A stretch of 64,000 bases of DNA, taken from contig CAJTZN010000015.1 in assembly GCA_910584065.1 (NCBI GenBank), positions 748-64,747 on the forward strand, written 5' to 3'. Position numbers and translations under genes: made by a program. The notes beneath the pieces are model-generated. The model was not told the DNA's origin, did not search any database, and saw only the letters and a list, made by a program, of their open reading frames with translations. This DNA comes from an uncultured Eubacterium sp. (GTDB lineage Bacteria > Bacillota > Clostridia > Lachnospirales > Lachnospiraceae). Each line of letters starts with the position of its first letter. Position 1 is the first letter of the stretch. Positions 9,294 through 18,618 of this stretch are shown in pieces.

Positions 9294-9426
9294 TGATTTT
9301 TCCTCCTACCAAATTTGGGGACAGAGCAATTGTAACACGTTTAATACAATACTACTTTATACTACTTTAGGCGATACGTCAATATGATTTTTTTAAAACC
9401 CCTGCGGGAGGATCAAGCCAAACATA
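9292..9426 (-). repeat. Promoter/RBS block, copy 2
   Basis: Similar to 7258-7394, and nearly identical over 9352-9426. Confidence 0.85.
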
Positions 9427-9625
9427 TAATCATTGCATTACTTTTCTACATAGGCTATAATGCCAGCCGCAACAGCGACAACAAAAGAAAGAATAATGCC
9501 CATTGTGAACACCCCTTACAAGCTGAGTGTATAGGGGGCGGTAACATATTTATCATACTCCCCATATAATGTAAGACGATAACCTGACAGATACATTTCA
9601 AAATCTCGGTTATCAGGGTTAGATG

Positions 9626-9764
9626 TTCAAACCCTTCACCACAAAAAAACCACAGAAAGCACCATTTTACAGCACTTTCCGTGATTTTTAAGTTCATTTC
9701 CATATGCACTTTCTGAACGGAGAAGGAAGGATTTGAACCTTTTCCGCAAATTACAAACAACGAT
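9626..9764 (-). repeat. att-like junction B (tRNA-Ser 3' end copy at 9718-9739)
   Basis: Near-identical to 7453-7585. Confidence 0.88.
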
Positions 9765-9795
9765 TTAACCGCTCAGATCTACTCAGGTCCGATCA

Positions 9796-12027
9796 TCAGT
9801 CGAAATCAATATCTTCTTCTGCCTTTTGGTATACATCGAAACGATTGTCAATATCTATCCGATTTACAACCCAGCCACGAACCATACACATTTTGACAAA
9901 TTCATCAATCCTATTTACTCCATTCATTTCTTTCAGAGTTACTACGACGCCAAATTGTAATCCCTTTCCATTTTTGGTTTCCAGTCTTTCTTTCGTTTTA
10001 ATACTTAGCCCCCACAAACCAGTACCATACTTATCTCGTGGTCTGGACCTTTTTTTAATAGTATCACTAATATGTTTTACATTATCCCATTTACGATATA
10101 ATTTTCTTGCGGATTCTTCATAAAGGATATTTAGCCCCGCTTCATCCTGCATGTTATGATTGACGGAGCTGATACTGGTTTTCCCATCCTTTTCCTTAAT
10201 CCTTCCAAAATGAATATCCATTTCTGTCGTTGTATAATCAACTCCCTGATTTCTAGAACATTTGGGGAAATAGCACAATGTGGCTCTGGCAAAAAAGGGA
10301 TGTTTATTATTATGAAAGGGTACGGGAATATTATAAGTATAGGTTTCGTACGCATTTGATGCCCCTGTCATTATAAATCTTATTTCATCGTCCGGAGTCT
10401 GTACTACATCTTCAATTTTTACCGGAACAACCCCATAACCAATTGCATGACTTAAATCATCCCTGCGATTCCAGCCCGCTGCGGAATCTATTATTAGTGC
10501 TTTTGCAACTTCTCTGCTAAATCCTAACACATGAATTAGATAAGCCATTTTCCTTGTTATCCATGGGGCTGCAAAAGAGGTTCCTGTCACATAGGCAGCT
10601 CCTAAAGGCGCACAAACTTTAATTTTTTGATTGGAATCTCCTCCATAATAACTTACATCCGGTTTATGAAAAAAGGACAGCACCGGACCAACCCGATGAT
10701 AAGATGCCGGTTGATTATCATAATCAACCGAATTTACAACCAACGCATTGATTGAATCTGCTGGTGCCCCTATCCTCATCCCCTTCTTTTCACTTTTTTT
10801 CCTATTTGTGCCCGCCACTATAAACACAACATCATATTCACTTTGAATCCGGTCCAGTTCCGCTGCCTCCGGGGACACAAAATTCAAACTGATGGGGAGC
10901 ACAGAACCTAAAGATAAGTTCCATACTTTGATTTCACGATTCTGCGCTACAATTTCACGAATCGACTTCAGTATGGAAAATGAACTGAAATAACCTTTTG
11001 TTGCCACTCCAAAGTGACGTACCCGGAATCTCCCGCAGCCATCATCCAAATCCGGATTAATGGCAGGCCCGTCTACAATAATGGATGAAACTGCTGTACC
11101 ATGAAAACAATCATCTGTATCCGTTTCAATACTTTCATCCACCATTTTTGTGTAGGTTACCCAGTCTTTAAAATATACATCCTCATAAAATAACGTATCG
11201 ATCACGCCTACGAGCGGTTCCCTTTCAGGCGCTGGTATCTTTATTGTTTCTTCCTGATATACCGGTACATCTTCCTTTGTTATTTTTGACAGGTCATAAG
11301 TCCGCATCGCGATAAGATAGGGGGCTTTTTCGCGTAATATGCTTAACTCATCCGGATCTAAACGAATCGTCGTCTCATCTATTGTTTTTGCATCAATCAT
11401 GCTAATTCCAAGTTTCGATAACAAATCTGCTGTCTTTACATCCGTTTTGTATATGGTGACGATTGACCGCTCTTTTACTTCTTCTAAATCCCTGTCAATT
11501 TGAAATTTCTCCACGTAATGCCCGTCCACGACAACATTTATAAAATTCGATTTAGCTAATTGATCATTTGAATATTCCTTTTCTTTCTTTTTTAATCTCT
11601 CGATATCTTCATAAAATATTTCCCCATTATATTCACGGTCTATAATATGGCTGCAAATATCAAGCCGGCGAATTGATTCTTCCAATCTGTTTAACTGTAC
11701 ATAATGAGTAAAAACATGCTGCTTATGCGGATCATTTCCATAAAATTTTGATCCCCGAATGGATTGATTAACCGATTCGCTGCCCACACAAAGGAGACCC
11801 CGGATTCTGTTACTCTTTGCCACAACATGGCAATAATAAACACTTACCAAAGCGCCCGCAATCACATCCTCTCTTTGCCAAAAAACCAGTATCTCTTTCA
11901 ACTGCTCTTCAAGCTGCCGCAAATGACTGCTTTTAACAGATGTTCCTGCCGGCAGGCCTGCCCCGCCACCCCCGCTTGCATTTGCTTTATACAAAAATTG
12001 TCCTTTGAGCTGTAACATGCTATTCAT
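9796..12027 (-). CDS. S8 subtilase-family serine protease, IetS-like
   Basis: Triad motifs GVIDT, HGTAVSS and GTSFAAP, plus NLSLG and KPDV; no signal peptide; overlaps the stop of the upstream AAA ATPase. Confidence 0.9.
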   Translation of the reverse strand: MNSMLQLKGQFLYKANASGGGGAGLPAGTSVKSSHLRQLEEQLKEILVFWQREDVIAGALVSVYYCHVVAKSNRIRGLLCVGSESVNQSIRGSKFYGNDPHKQHVFTHYVQLNRLEESIRRLDICSHIIDREYNGEIFYEDIERLKKKEKEYSNDQLAKSNFINVVVDGHYVEKFQIDRDLEEVKERSIVTIYKTDVKTADLLSKLGISMIDAKTIDETTIRLDPDELSILREKAPYLIAMRTYDLSKITKEDVPVYQEETIKIPAPEREPLVGVIDTLFYEDVYFKDWVTYTKMVDESIETDTDDCFHGTAVSSIIVDGPAINPDLDDGCGRFRVRHFGVATKGYFSSFSILKSIREIVAQNREIKVWNLSLGSVLPISLNFVSPEAAELDRIQSEYDVVFIVAGTNRKKSEKKGMRIGAPADSINALVVNSVDYDNQPASYHRVGPVLSFFHKPDVSYYGGDSNQKIKVCAPLGAAYVTGTSFAAPWITRKMAYLIHVLGFSREVAKALIIDSAAGWNRRDDLSHAIGYGVVPVKIEDVVQTPDDEIRFIMTGASNAYETYTYNIPVPFHNNKHPFFARATLCYFPKCSRNQGVDYTTTEMDIHFGRIKEKDGKTSISSVNHNMQDEAGLNILYEESARKLYRKWDNVKHISDTIKKRSRPRDKYGTGLWGLSIKTKERLETKNGKGLQFGVVVTLKEMNGVNRIDEFVKMCMVRGWVVNRIDIDNRFDVYQKAEEDIDFD

Positions 12028-13066
12028 ATACATCCCCCTTTAATTCCCGGGACACCTGGCTTTTTGAAATCCCGGTAAGGATCTCAATTTCACGAACCGT
12101 AAATCCCTGTTCCTTCAGCTTTTTCAGATCCTCCGGCTTTTCACCACATAAATCAACATACAAACGCCTTAAATAATCAAATTCTTCTCCTATATTGCTA
12201 AAAGCAATTGCCGTCCGTATTTCGTTTTTTAATTCGCCCGGACTCAGCACCGGATTCATCAATGCTACTATTTTTTGAAACAATCTCTTATTTCTGCCAG
12301 CATATTTGAATGTACGTAAAAAATGATTCAATAACACTTCTGCAACTTCCAATATATCCTTCCTGCTATAACGGTCAAAATCTATCACCGAATCAAATCT
12401 GCGCAGCAGCGCCTTATCAAAATATTGATACAAATTCGTAGTTGCAATCAAAACCACTCTTTCATTCACATGATCTAACCCTTTTAACATTGCCGATGTC
12501 GCTCTTCCCATTTCCCTCAAATCATTGGAATTTGTTCTGTCTAAGGCAATAGTGTCAATTTCATCAAACAATATAATCACCTTTTCCGGGTGGGCAAAAT
12601 TATTTATCTGCCTAAAAAGTTCGGCAATATTTTTTTGTGTCTGGCCAAGTTTACTATCTATAATGGATGAAAAATCAATCATATATAACTCCCGTTCTGT
12701 AATACGGGCAACCTGCTTCACTGTTTCCGTTTTCCCTGTTCCGGGCGCTCCCTGGAAAAGAAACTTGTTAATCCCTGCATTATGTGCTATCGCATTCATC
12801 AGACCCATAATATCCCGCTGTATTTCTTCCGGTAATGGAAGAGGTTCATTGCCAGATTCAATCCTCTCAAAAAAAACTGAATCATTTTCTTCTATCTGCG
12901 GAACAAACGTATTTGCACTTGATAACAAAGCCATAATATACTCTGACAACTGATAATCACCTGCCTGATCAAACTCTCTGGCAATACCATATGCTTCATT
13001 TCTAAAGCCCGCATCATTTTCTTCTGCATAGTATTTTATCAGATTAATTACACTTTTCTTTTTCAT
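12020..13066 (-). CDS. AAA+ ATPase, IetA-like, with C-terminal HTH
   Basis: Walker A GAPGTGKT, Walker B ILFDE, ATTN and ALLRRFD; C-terminal FTVREIEILTGISKSQVSREL; GGAGG RBS before MKKK. Confidence 0.9.
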   Translation of the reverse strand: MKKKSVINLIKYYAEENDAGFRNEAYGIAREFDQAGDYQLSEYIMALLSSANTFVPQIEENDSVFFERIESGNEPLPLPEEIQRDIMGLMNAIAHNAGINKFLFQGAPGTGKTETVKQVARITERELYMIDFSSIIDSKLGQTQKNIAELFRQINNFAHPEKVIILFDEIDTIALDRTNSNDLREMGRATSAMLKGLDHVNERVVLIATTNLYQYFDKALLRRFDSVIDFDRYSRKDILEVAEVLLNHFLRTFKYAGRNKRLFQKIVALMNPVLSPGELKNEIRTAIAFSNIGEEFDYLRRLYVDLCGEKPEDLKKLKEQGFTVREIEILTGISKSQVSRELKGDVYE

Positions 13067-13267
13067 ATATAACCGCCTCCATCTCTTATAAATATAATAC
13101 ACCTACAGGGACAAAAATTCAAGTTTTGGGACAATATTTTTCAAAATATTTATCTTTTTGTCTTTTCAGTCTGTTCTTCAGCTCCTGCCGCATCCATGCT
13201 TATTATGACCGTTCCCTGGTTGATTTCGCCACGGGATGGGCTGTGAGCTCTACGATTTTTCTGACAT

Positions 13268-13361
13268 AAAAACCACAGAAAGTACCATTTTACAGTACTT
13301 TCCGTGGCTTTTAATAAACGAGGAAGGAGTTGAACCTTTTCCGCAAATTACAAACAACGAT
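13268..13361 (-). repeat. att-like junction C (degenerate tRNA 3' end core at 13317-13336)
   Basis: Same hairpin arm and TTTTCCGCAAATTACAAACAACGAT arm; core reads AACGAGGAAGGAGTTGAACC. Confidence 0.8.
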
Positions 13362-13537
13362 AGGAAGGAGTTTTGAGGGCTTCATCTAATAGTAAGCGTT
13401 CCTCATATAACACATTTTCGCGGAATATGCAGTATTATTTTAACAACCTTAAAACAGAAAATCCAGAAGAAACCTTCAGAAATCTCGGCTAGGTATTCAA
13501 AGGTATTAAGCCGTTTTGCAAACGGCTTTACTTTTCT

Positions 13538-13594
13538 CCACAAAAAAATCACGGAAAGCACCATTTTACGGTACTTTCCGCAATTTTTACATAA
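13538..13594 (-). repeat. Hairpin arm directly downstream of the intact tRNA-Ser (attL-like)
   Basis: CCACAAAAAAATCACGGAAAGCACCATTTTACGGTACTTTCCG, homologous to the arms of junctions A-C. Confidence 0.8.
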
Positions 13595-13683
13595 CGGAGA
13601 AGGAGGGATTTGAACCCTCGCGCCGCTATTAACGACCTACTCCCTTTCCAGGGGAGCCCCTTCAGCCACTTGGGTACTTCTCC
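13595..13683 (-). tRNA. tRNA-Ser(GGA)
   Basis: Cloverleaf with anticodon arm CTCCC-CTGGAAA-GGGAG, long variable arm and GGTTCAAATCC. Confidence 0.97.
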
Positions 13684-13710
13684 AAGCTGAAACATATTAA
13701 TCCATATAAA

Positions 13711-13796
13711 CGGAGAAGGTGGGATTCGAACCCACGGCCCCTTTCGGAGTCACCGGTTTTCAAGACCGGCTCCTTAAACCACTCGGACACCTCTCC
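13711..13796 (-). tRNA. tRNA-Ser(TGA)
   Basis: Cloverleaf with anticodon arm CCGGT-CTTGAAA-ACCGG, long variable arm and GGTTCGAATCC. Confidence 0.97.
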
Positions 13797-13811
13797 AAAT
13801 ACTGCTTGACT

Positions 13812-13840
13812 AGTATACCAAAATCAGGCTTCCTTGTCAA
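13812..13840 (-). promoter_or_regulatory. SigA-type promoter for the tRNA-Ser pair
   Basis: TTGACA-17 bp-TATACT with a TG extension. Confidence 0.8.
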
Positions 13841-14873
13841 CAACTTTTTTACAATTTGCCAATTTTAACCCCGGAACCGCATTCAGGTCCCAGCCATCCC
13901 GCCGTCCCTTGATAAATTCATAATACCCTGCCGCCCCGATCATCGCCGCATTGTCGGTGCAAAAAACCGGTTCCGGATAATAAAGCCGGTATTTTCTACT
14001 GTTACACGCTTCCTGCATCTTTGCGCGGAGCGCGCTGTTACAAGCAACTCCCCCTGCCATCGCCACCTCTTTCACGCCAAAATTTTCTGCCGCCAGCATC
14101 GTGTGGGACACCAGAACATCGACGACCGCCTCCTGAAATGAAGCCGCGATATCCGTCTGGGAAAAAGACTCCCCTTTCATTTTGCAGCCATTGATATAAT
14201 TGAGGACCGCCGACTTTACACCGCTGAAGCTGAAATCATACGGCGCTCCCTCCACGGATGCCCGCGGAAATGGGATGGCATTTTTATCCCCCTGCCGGGA
14301 GACCGCGTCGATCTTCGGCCCTCCCGGGTATCCGAGACCGATCGACCTCGCCACCTTGTCAAACGCCTCACCGGCCGCATCGTCCCTCGTTCTTCCGATG
14401 ATGTCATACTCCCCGTAGTCTTTCACCATCACCAGATGGCTGTGCCCGCCGGATACGACCAGACAGAGAAACGGCGGCTCCAGTTCCTTATGGCAGATGT
14501 AATTGGCGGAAATGTGCCCCTCAATATGGTGCACACCGATCAGCGGCTTTCCGGACGCGTAGCTGATCGCCTTCGCCGCGCCGACCCCGACGAGCAGGGC
14601 GCCGACCAGACCGGGGCCATACGTCACACAGACGCCGTCCACGTCCTGGATCGTCATCCCCGCTTCCGCCAGCGCCTGCTCGATGACCGGAATCACATTT
14701 TCGATATGTTTGCGGGACGCGATTTCGGGCACAACACCACCATATATCGTATGCAGATCAATCTGCGAGGCAATGACATTCGACAATACCTCTCTCCCGT
14801 CCCGTACAACGGACGCCGCCGTCTCATCACACGAACTTTCCACCGCCAGTAAAGTTATATGTTTTTCTTCCAT
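13824..14873 (-). CDS. tsaD: tRNA threonylcarbamoyltransferase TsaD
   Basis: [39 protein letters not shown] and TDNAAMI motifs. Confidence 0.97.
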   Translation of the reverse strand: MEEKHITLLAVESSCDETAASVVRDGREVLSNVIASQIDLHTIYGGVVPEIASRKHIENVIPVIEQALAEAGMTIQDVDGVCVTYGPGLVGALLVGVGAAKAISYASGKPLIGVHHIEGHISANYICHKELEPPFLCLVVSGGHSHLVMVKDYGEYDIIGRTRDDAAGEAFDKVARSIGLGYPGGPKIDAVSRQGDKNAIPFPRASVEGAPYDFSFSGVKSAVLNYINGCKMKGESFSQTDIAASFQEAVVDVLVSHTMLAAENFGVKEVAMAGGVACNSALRAKMQEACNSRKYRLYYPEPVFCTDNAAMIGAAGYYEFIKGRRDGWDLNAVPGLKLANCKKVVDKEA

Positions 14874-14931
14874 CGTTCAACCTTCCCAGATGACCCGGCG
14901 GCCACAAGCAGCCGCCGGCTGTCATACCAGT

Positions 14932-15591
14932 TTACGCTTCCTTCTTTTCGTCGTTTATTCCTGCCTTTTCGTTCTTCTTAAAGGCCATGATCTTCCATTG
15001 GTCATTTTCACGGATCAGGATATAATCCTGAAACGATTTTGAATAATTCCCTTTTTCATTCAGGAAATACGCCATTTGTATATAGGCGCAATCTTTTCCG
15101 TCGATCGTCCGGTATTTGACCGAACTGCTCTTATCCACCGTGTAATTCACGATCTTTCGTTTCACGGAGGCAAAGCCCTGGATTTCCTCCCTCAGATTCT
15201 TCTCATGCTCCTCGAGCGGATTCTGCTGTAAAAGAGAATCGCTGTAAAGCATGCGGATCTGGGAAAGAAGCTGGTCAAAATTCTCACCTTCCACGATCTC
15301 ATTATTATACATGCACTGGTTTACCCTGCCCAAAAACTTCATCACTTCTGCGGGCGTTTCCGGATAACCCGAATCCAAATCCTTCTGTGCCAGGCGCTGT
15401 ACCTCACTCGCCGACGAAACATCTCCCGCATCCGACTTGTCGCTGTTCTTATGCTGATAATACACAAACATGATGCCGATCACAATTAAACATGTCAGGA
15501 ACGCAAACACACTCATATTTTTTGCCATCTTTTTTGCAGGATTTGTCTCCTGCCTACTCGCTCTTCTCCTCATAGCCATCCTCCTTTCCAT
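14932..15591 (-). CDS. Membrane-anchored hypothetical protein (DUF6715-like); start uncertain
   Basis: One N-terminal TM segment; YPETPAEV and WKI motifs. Confidence 0.65.
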   Translation of the reverse strand: MERRMAMRRRASRQETNPAKKMAKNMSVFAFLTCLIVIGIMFVYYQHKNSDKSDAGDVSSASEVQRLAQKDLDSGYPETPAEVMKFLGRVNQCMYNNEIVEGENFDQLLSQIRMLYSDSLLQQNPLEEHEKNLREEIQGFASVKRKIVNYTVDKSSSVKYRTIDGKDCAYIQMAYFLNEKGNYSKSFQDYILIRENDQWKIMAFKKNEKAGINDEKKEA

Positions 15592-16495
15592 CCATAAAAT
15601 TCAGTTCCCGGAACATCCGGTCCTTTCCCGGCACGGTCCCGGGAAAGATTTTTCTCACTTCCTTCATAAAATACTCCGGCCGGATGAGCGACGGACTGTA
15701 GTGGGTGAGCCACAGCTCAGGCACGCCTGCTTTGGCCGCCATCTCCGCGGCTTCGTAAAATGTCATGTGCTTCTTCTCCCTCGCGCTCGCCGCTTTCTCC
15801 TTCTCCCCATACATACCCTCACAAATGAACAGATCCGAACCGCGGGCATGCTCCACAATACCTTCCGTCGGCCTGCTGTCCGTACAATACGTAACCTTGA
15901 TCCCCTTACGTTTCGGGCCGAGCACCAAATCCGACGTGTAGACCACGCCGTCCAGCTCAAAACGATCCTCTTTTTGCAGCGGACTCCAGGCTCTCATCGG
16001 CACGCCGTTTTCCTTCGCCTTCTCCACATCAAATTTCCCGCTGCGCATGATCTCTATACTATACCCATAGCATACCACATTATGGTTCACTTTAAAAGCC
16101 GAAATGTGATATCCGTTAAAAATAAATTGTTCCTCGTCTCCTTCGATCTCCACATATTCGATACTAAATGGAATCCCCTGCGCGATCACGAGCAGGGACT
16201 GTACGATCCGCTGTAATCCTTTCGGTCCGATGATCGTGAGCGGCGCTGTCCGCTCCGCATTTCCCATCGAAAGCAGCAGGCCCGGAAGCCCGCTGATGTG
16301 ATCACCGTGAAAATGCGTAATACAGATAATATCAATCGAATGAAAACTCCATCCCTGTTCCCGTATGCTTACCTGCGTTCCCTCGCCGCAGTCAATGAGC
16401 AGGCTGCTCCCGTTATATCTCGTCATAAGCGCAGTCAGGGCGCGCCGCGGAAGAGGCATCATCCCCCCCGTCCCAAGTAAACATACATCCAGCAT
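15554..16495 (-). CDS. rnz: Ribonuclease Z
   Basis: LGTGG, DCGEGTQ, THFHGDH, KKHMT and LTHYS motifs. Confidence 0.95.
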   Translation of the reverse strand: MLDVCLLGTGGMMPLPRRALTALMTRYNGSSLLIDCGEGTQVSIREQGWSFHSIDIICITHFHGDHISGLPGLLLSMGNAERTAPLTIIGPKGLQRIVQSLLVIAQGIPFSIEYVEIEGDEEQFIFNGYHISAFKVNHNVVCYGYSIEIMRSGKFDVEKAKENGVPMRAWSPLQKEDRFELDGVVYTSDLVLGPKRKGIKVTYCTDSRPTEGIVEHARGSDLFICEGMYGEKEKAASAREKKHMTFYEAAEMAAKAGVPELWLTHYSPSLIRPEYFMKEVRKIFPGTVPGKDRMFRELNFMDGKEDGYEEKSE

Positions 16496-16533
16496 TCATA
16501 ACTCCATTCCTGCGCACAGCCATGCGCATCACA

Positions 16534-16770
16534 TCAATCCAAAGCGGCTTCTTTATCTTCCACTGTGACAGGAATGGCAAATTGCCCGATCATCAAGTCG
16601 TAACAAGTTTCACAAAGATTAAACTTGTGGATCTGCAGATCTTTTTCGGAAAAAAAACCCCAGTCTTTTCTCACAAAAAGTCCGTCCTCATGTAAAATCC
16701 CGTTGATCTGTTTCAATTCCCTGCCACATTTATTACACAATACCTTTTGTTTCTCCATCATCCTCGCCAT
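16534..16770 (-). CDS. Small conserved hypothetical protein with two CxxC motifs
   Basis: CNKCG...KDWGFFSEKD...LCETCYD. Confidence 0.7.
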   Translation of the reverse strand: MARMMEKQKVLCNKCGRELKQINGILHEDGLFVRKDWGFFSEKDLQIHKFNLCETCYDLMIGQFAIPVTVEDKEAALD

Positions 16771-16848
16771 CCTTTGAAATCATTTTTCCTCTATTATAAT
16801 GAATTCTACGCTTTTTTTCCAGTTGTAATAATAGGTAAAACCGCTACA

Positions 16849-17541
16849 TTATTCCTCGCGCTCCCGTTCCGCCTGTGACTTTCGCAGATAGTCGGGCGCA
16901 AACTCCGCAGCGGTCACACATTCTCCCCTCTCAAATAGAAGACCACCGATCCGGGCCACACTCGCCCCTCTCTGGTAACGGTCTGCCGCCTCGGCAAAGC
17001 AGATCTCCACGCCCGCGTTCTCCCGGATCACCTGTTCAAAAACCGGAACCCCGTCTCCCAAAAAAATCGTGCGCTCGCCAATCGCGTTGATCTGCTCCAC
17101 GACCGACGAAACAGCCGCCGCGGCCGGTTCCGCCAGTACCTCCGGAATGCCCTGCGCCGAGCGGTATATTCCATAGTATACCTGTCCTCTCCTGGCGTCC
17201 ATGATCGGACATACGACAACACCGCATTCCGAAACATTTGCCGCCAATCCCATGAGCGACGAAACCGGCACGATCGGAATACCCAGTGTCCAGGCAATCC
17301 CTTTAGCCGTAGACGCCCCGATACGAAGGCCGGTAAACGATCCCGGGCCGGCCGAAACAGCGATGCAGTCCAGTTCTTCCGGTTCCACCTCCGCCATCCG
17401 CATCATATCCGCGATCATCGGAAGAAGCGTCTGCGAATGTGTCTTTTTATTGTGGATGGTGTACTCACCGACCAGCATTCCGTCTGACATGAGCGCCGCG
17501 GCTGCCACCAGGCCGGAACTGTCTATACTCAATATTTTCAT
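16849..17541 (-). CDS. tsaB: t6A biosynthesis protein TsaB
   Basis: HSQTLLP, GPGSFTGLRIG, DARR and P.YLRKSQAER motifs. Confidence 0.96.
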   Translation of the reverse strand: MKILSIDSSGLVAAAALMSDGMLVGEYTIHNKKTHSQTLLPMIADMMRMAEVEPEELDCIAVSAGPGSFTGLRIGASTAKGIAWTLGIPIVPVSSLMGLAANVSECGVVVCPIMDARRGQVYYGIYRSAQGIPEVLAEPAAAAVSSVVEQINAIGERTIFLGDGVPVFEQVIRENAGVEICFAEAADRYQRGASVARIGGLLFERGECVTAAEFAPDYLRKSQAEREREE

Positions 17542-17605
17542 AACTGTTCCTTTCTATAGAAAGAGCTTCCCGCGCAAGGTATCGCGCACAAAGGAAACGC
17601 CCCCG

Positions 17606-18025
17606 CTAGCCAACCGTTATCTTCCGGTAATCAAACCCCTGCTCCAAATCTTTCTCGATCGTGATGTGGATACAATGTTCCGGCAGGATCTCACGGATCC
17701 GGGACGCCCACTCGATCAGGCAGACCCCCTCCCCAAACAGATACTCCTCATACCCGAGATCGTACATTTCCTCCACATCCGCGATGCGGTACACGTCAAA
17801 ATGATAAAAAGGGATCCGCCCCTCTTCGTATTCCTGGATCAGGGTAAACGTAGGGCTCGTAACAGGCTCCCGAATGCCAAGTCCTTCTGCAAAACCTTTC
17901 GTAAAAACCGTTTTTCCCACGCCGAGGTCGCCGTCTAACAGATAAATCTCTCCCGGCTGCGCGCGCTTTCCCATTTCTCTGGCAAAAGCGATCGTCTCCC
18001 GCTCTCCATGACTTTCCTCTATCAT
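17606..18025 (-). CDS. tsaE: t6A biosynthesis ATPase TsaE
   Basis: GDLGVGKT, VTSPTF, HFDVYR and IEW motifs. Confidence 0.96.
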   Translation of the reverse strand: MIEESHGERETIAFAREMGKRAQPGEIYLLDGDLGVGKTVFTKGFAEGLGIREPVTSPTFTLIQEYEEGRIPFYHFDVYRIADVEEMYDLGYEEYLFGEGVCLIEWASRIREILPEHCIHITIEKDLEQGFDYRKITVG

Positions 18026-18504
18026 TTCCGACTCTCCCCGACAAGCTCTGCCAGCCTGACATAATCATCCCCGCACTCCTGTCTGGGTATGATAAATGCC
18101 GAAACCGCGTTCATATACAGATACATCGCCTCTTTCGTCACGATCACCTTTCTCATGTCACTCCACTTCACTTCCACTGTTCCCGCCATATTTTCCACCG
18201 ACATGCCTGTTTGGGTAAACGTATAGTGGAATGGTTCCCGGAACGCCCCGGTTTTTAACTGGCTGCGTCCTTTCATTAAAAGCGTGAGGGGCTGGATCAC
18301 CGTAAACATCAGTCCCAAAAAGATCAGGATGACCCGCTGGGAAGTAGCAAAATATTTCCAAAAAACGAGTAAACCAACAATCGCCGCCAAACTGATCAGT
18401 ATACCGATCACGCCACCCGCGCGCAAAAAATTATTTCGTAAAAGGAAGCGGTCCAGCGTCTTTTTATCGAGCTTCACATCAAGTTCCAACACTTCATCAT
18501 TCAT
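18022..18504 (-). CDS. YcxB-like membrane protein
   Basis: Two TM segments followed by a small domain with W...KV and AFIIP motifs. Confidence 0.7.
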   Translation of the reverse strand: MNDEVLELDVKLDKKTLDRFLLRNNFLRAGGVIGILISLAAIVGLLVFWKYFATSQRVILIFLGLMFTVIQPLTLLMKGRSQLKTGAFREPFHYTFTQTGMSVENMAGTVEVKWSDMRKVIVTKEAMYLYMNAVSAFIIPRQECGDDYVRLAELVGESRK

Positions 18505-18618
18505 TCTGCGTTTTGTTTCCTTTCCTTCTTATCCTCAGTACCATTTTATTAAAATTGCAGAAAAAAGTCAACTGCTTCCTGCCGGGCACATCTGCGTACG
18601 CACATCTGCGTTTTCTCA

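Noticed and set aside
7386..9760. ORFs 7386-7586 and 9455-9760 (MFVICGKGSNPSF...)
   Set aside because: Their similarity comes from the att-like repeat; there is no convincing RBS or protein motif.
7453..13616. Repeats as a CRISPR array or as extra tRNA genes
   Set aside because: Spacing is irregular and mostly in kilobases, no cas genes are present, and the copies contain only the tRNA 3' end.
16771..16848. rimI absent after tsaB
   Set aside because: Gene order here is variable and no remnant is visible; rimI may lie elsewhere.
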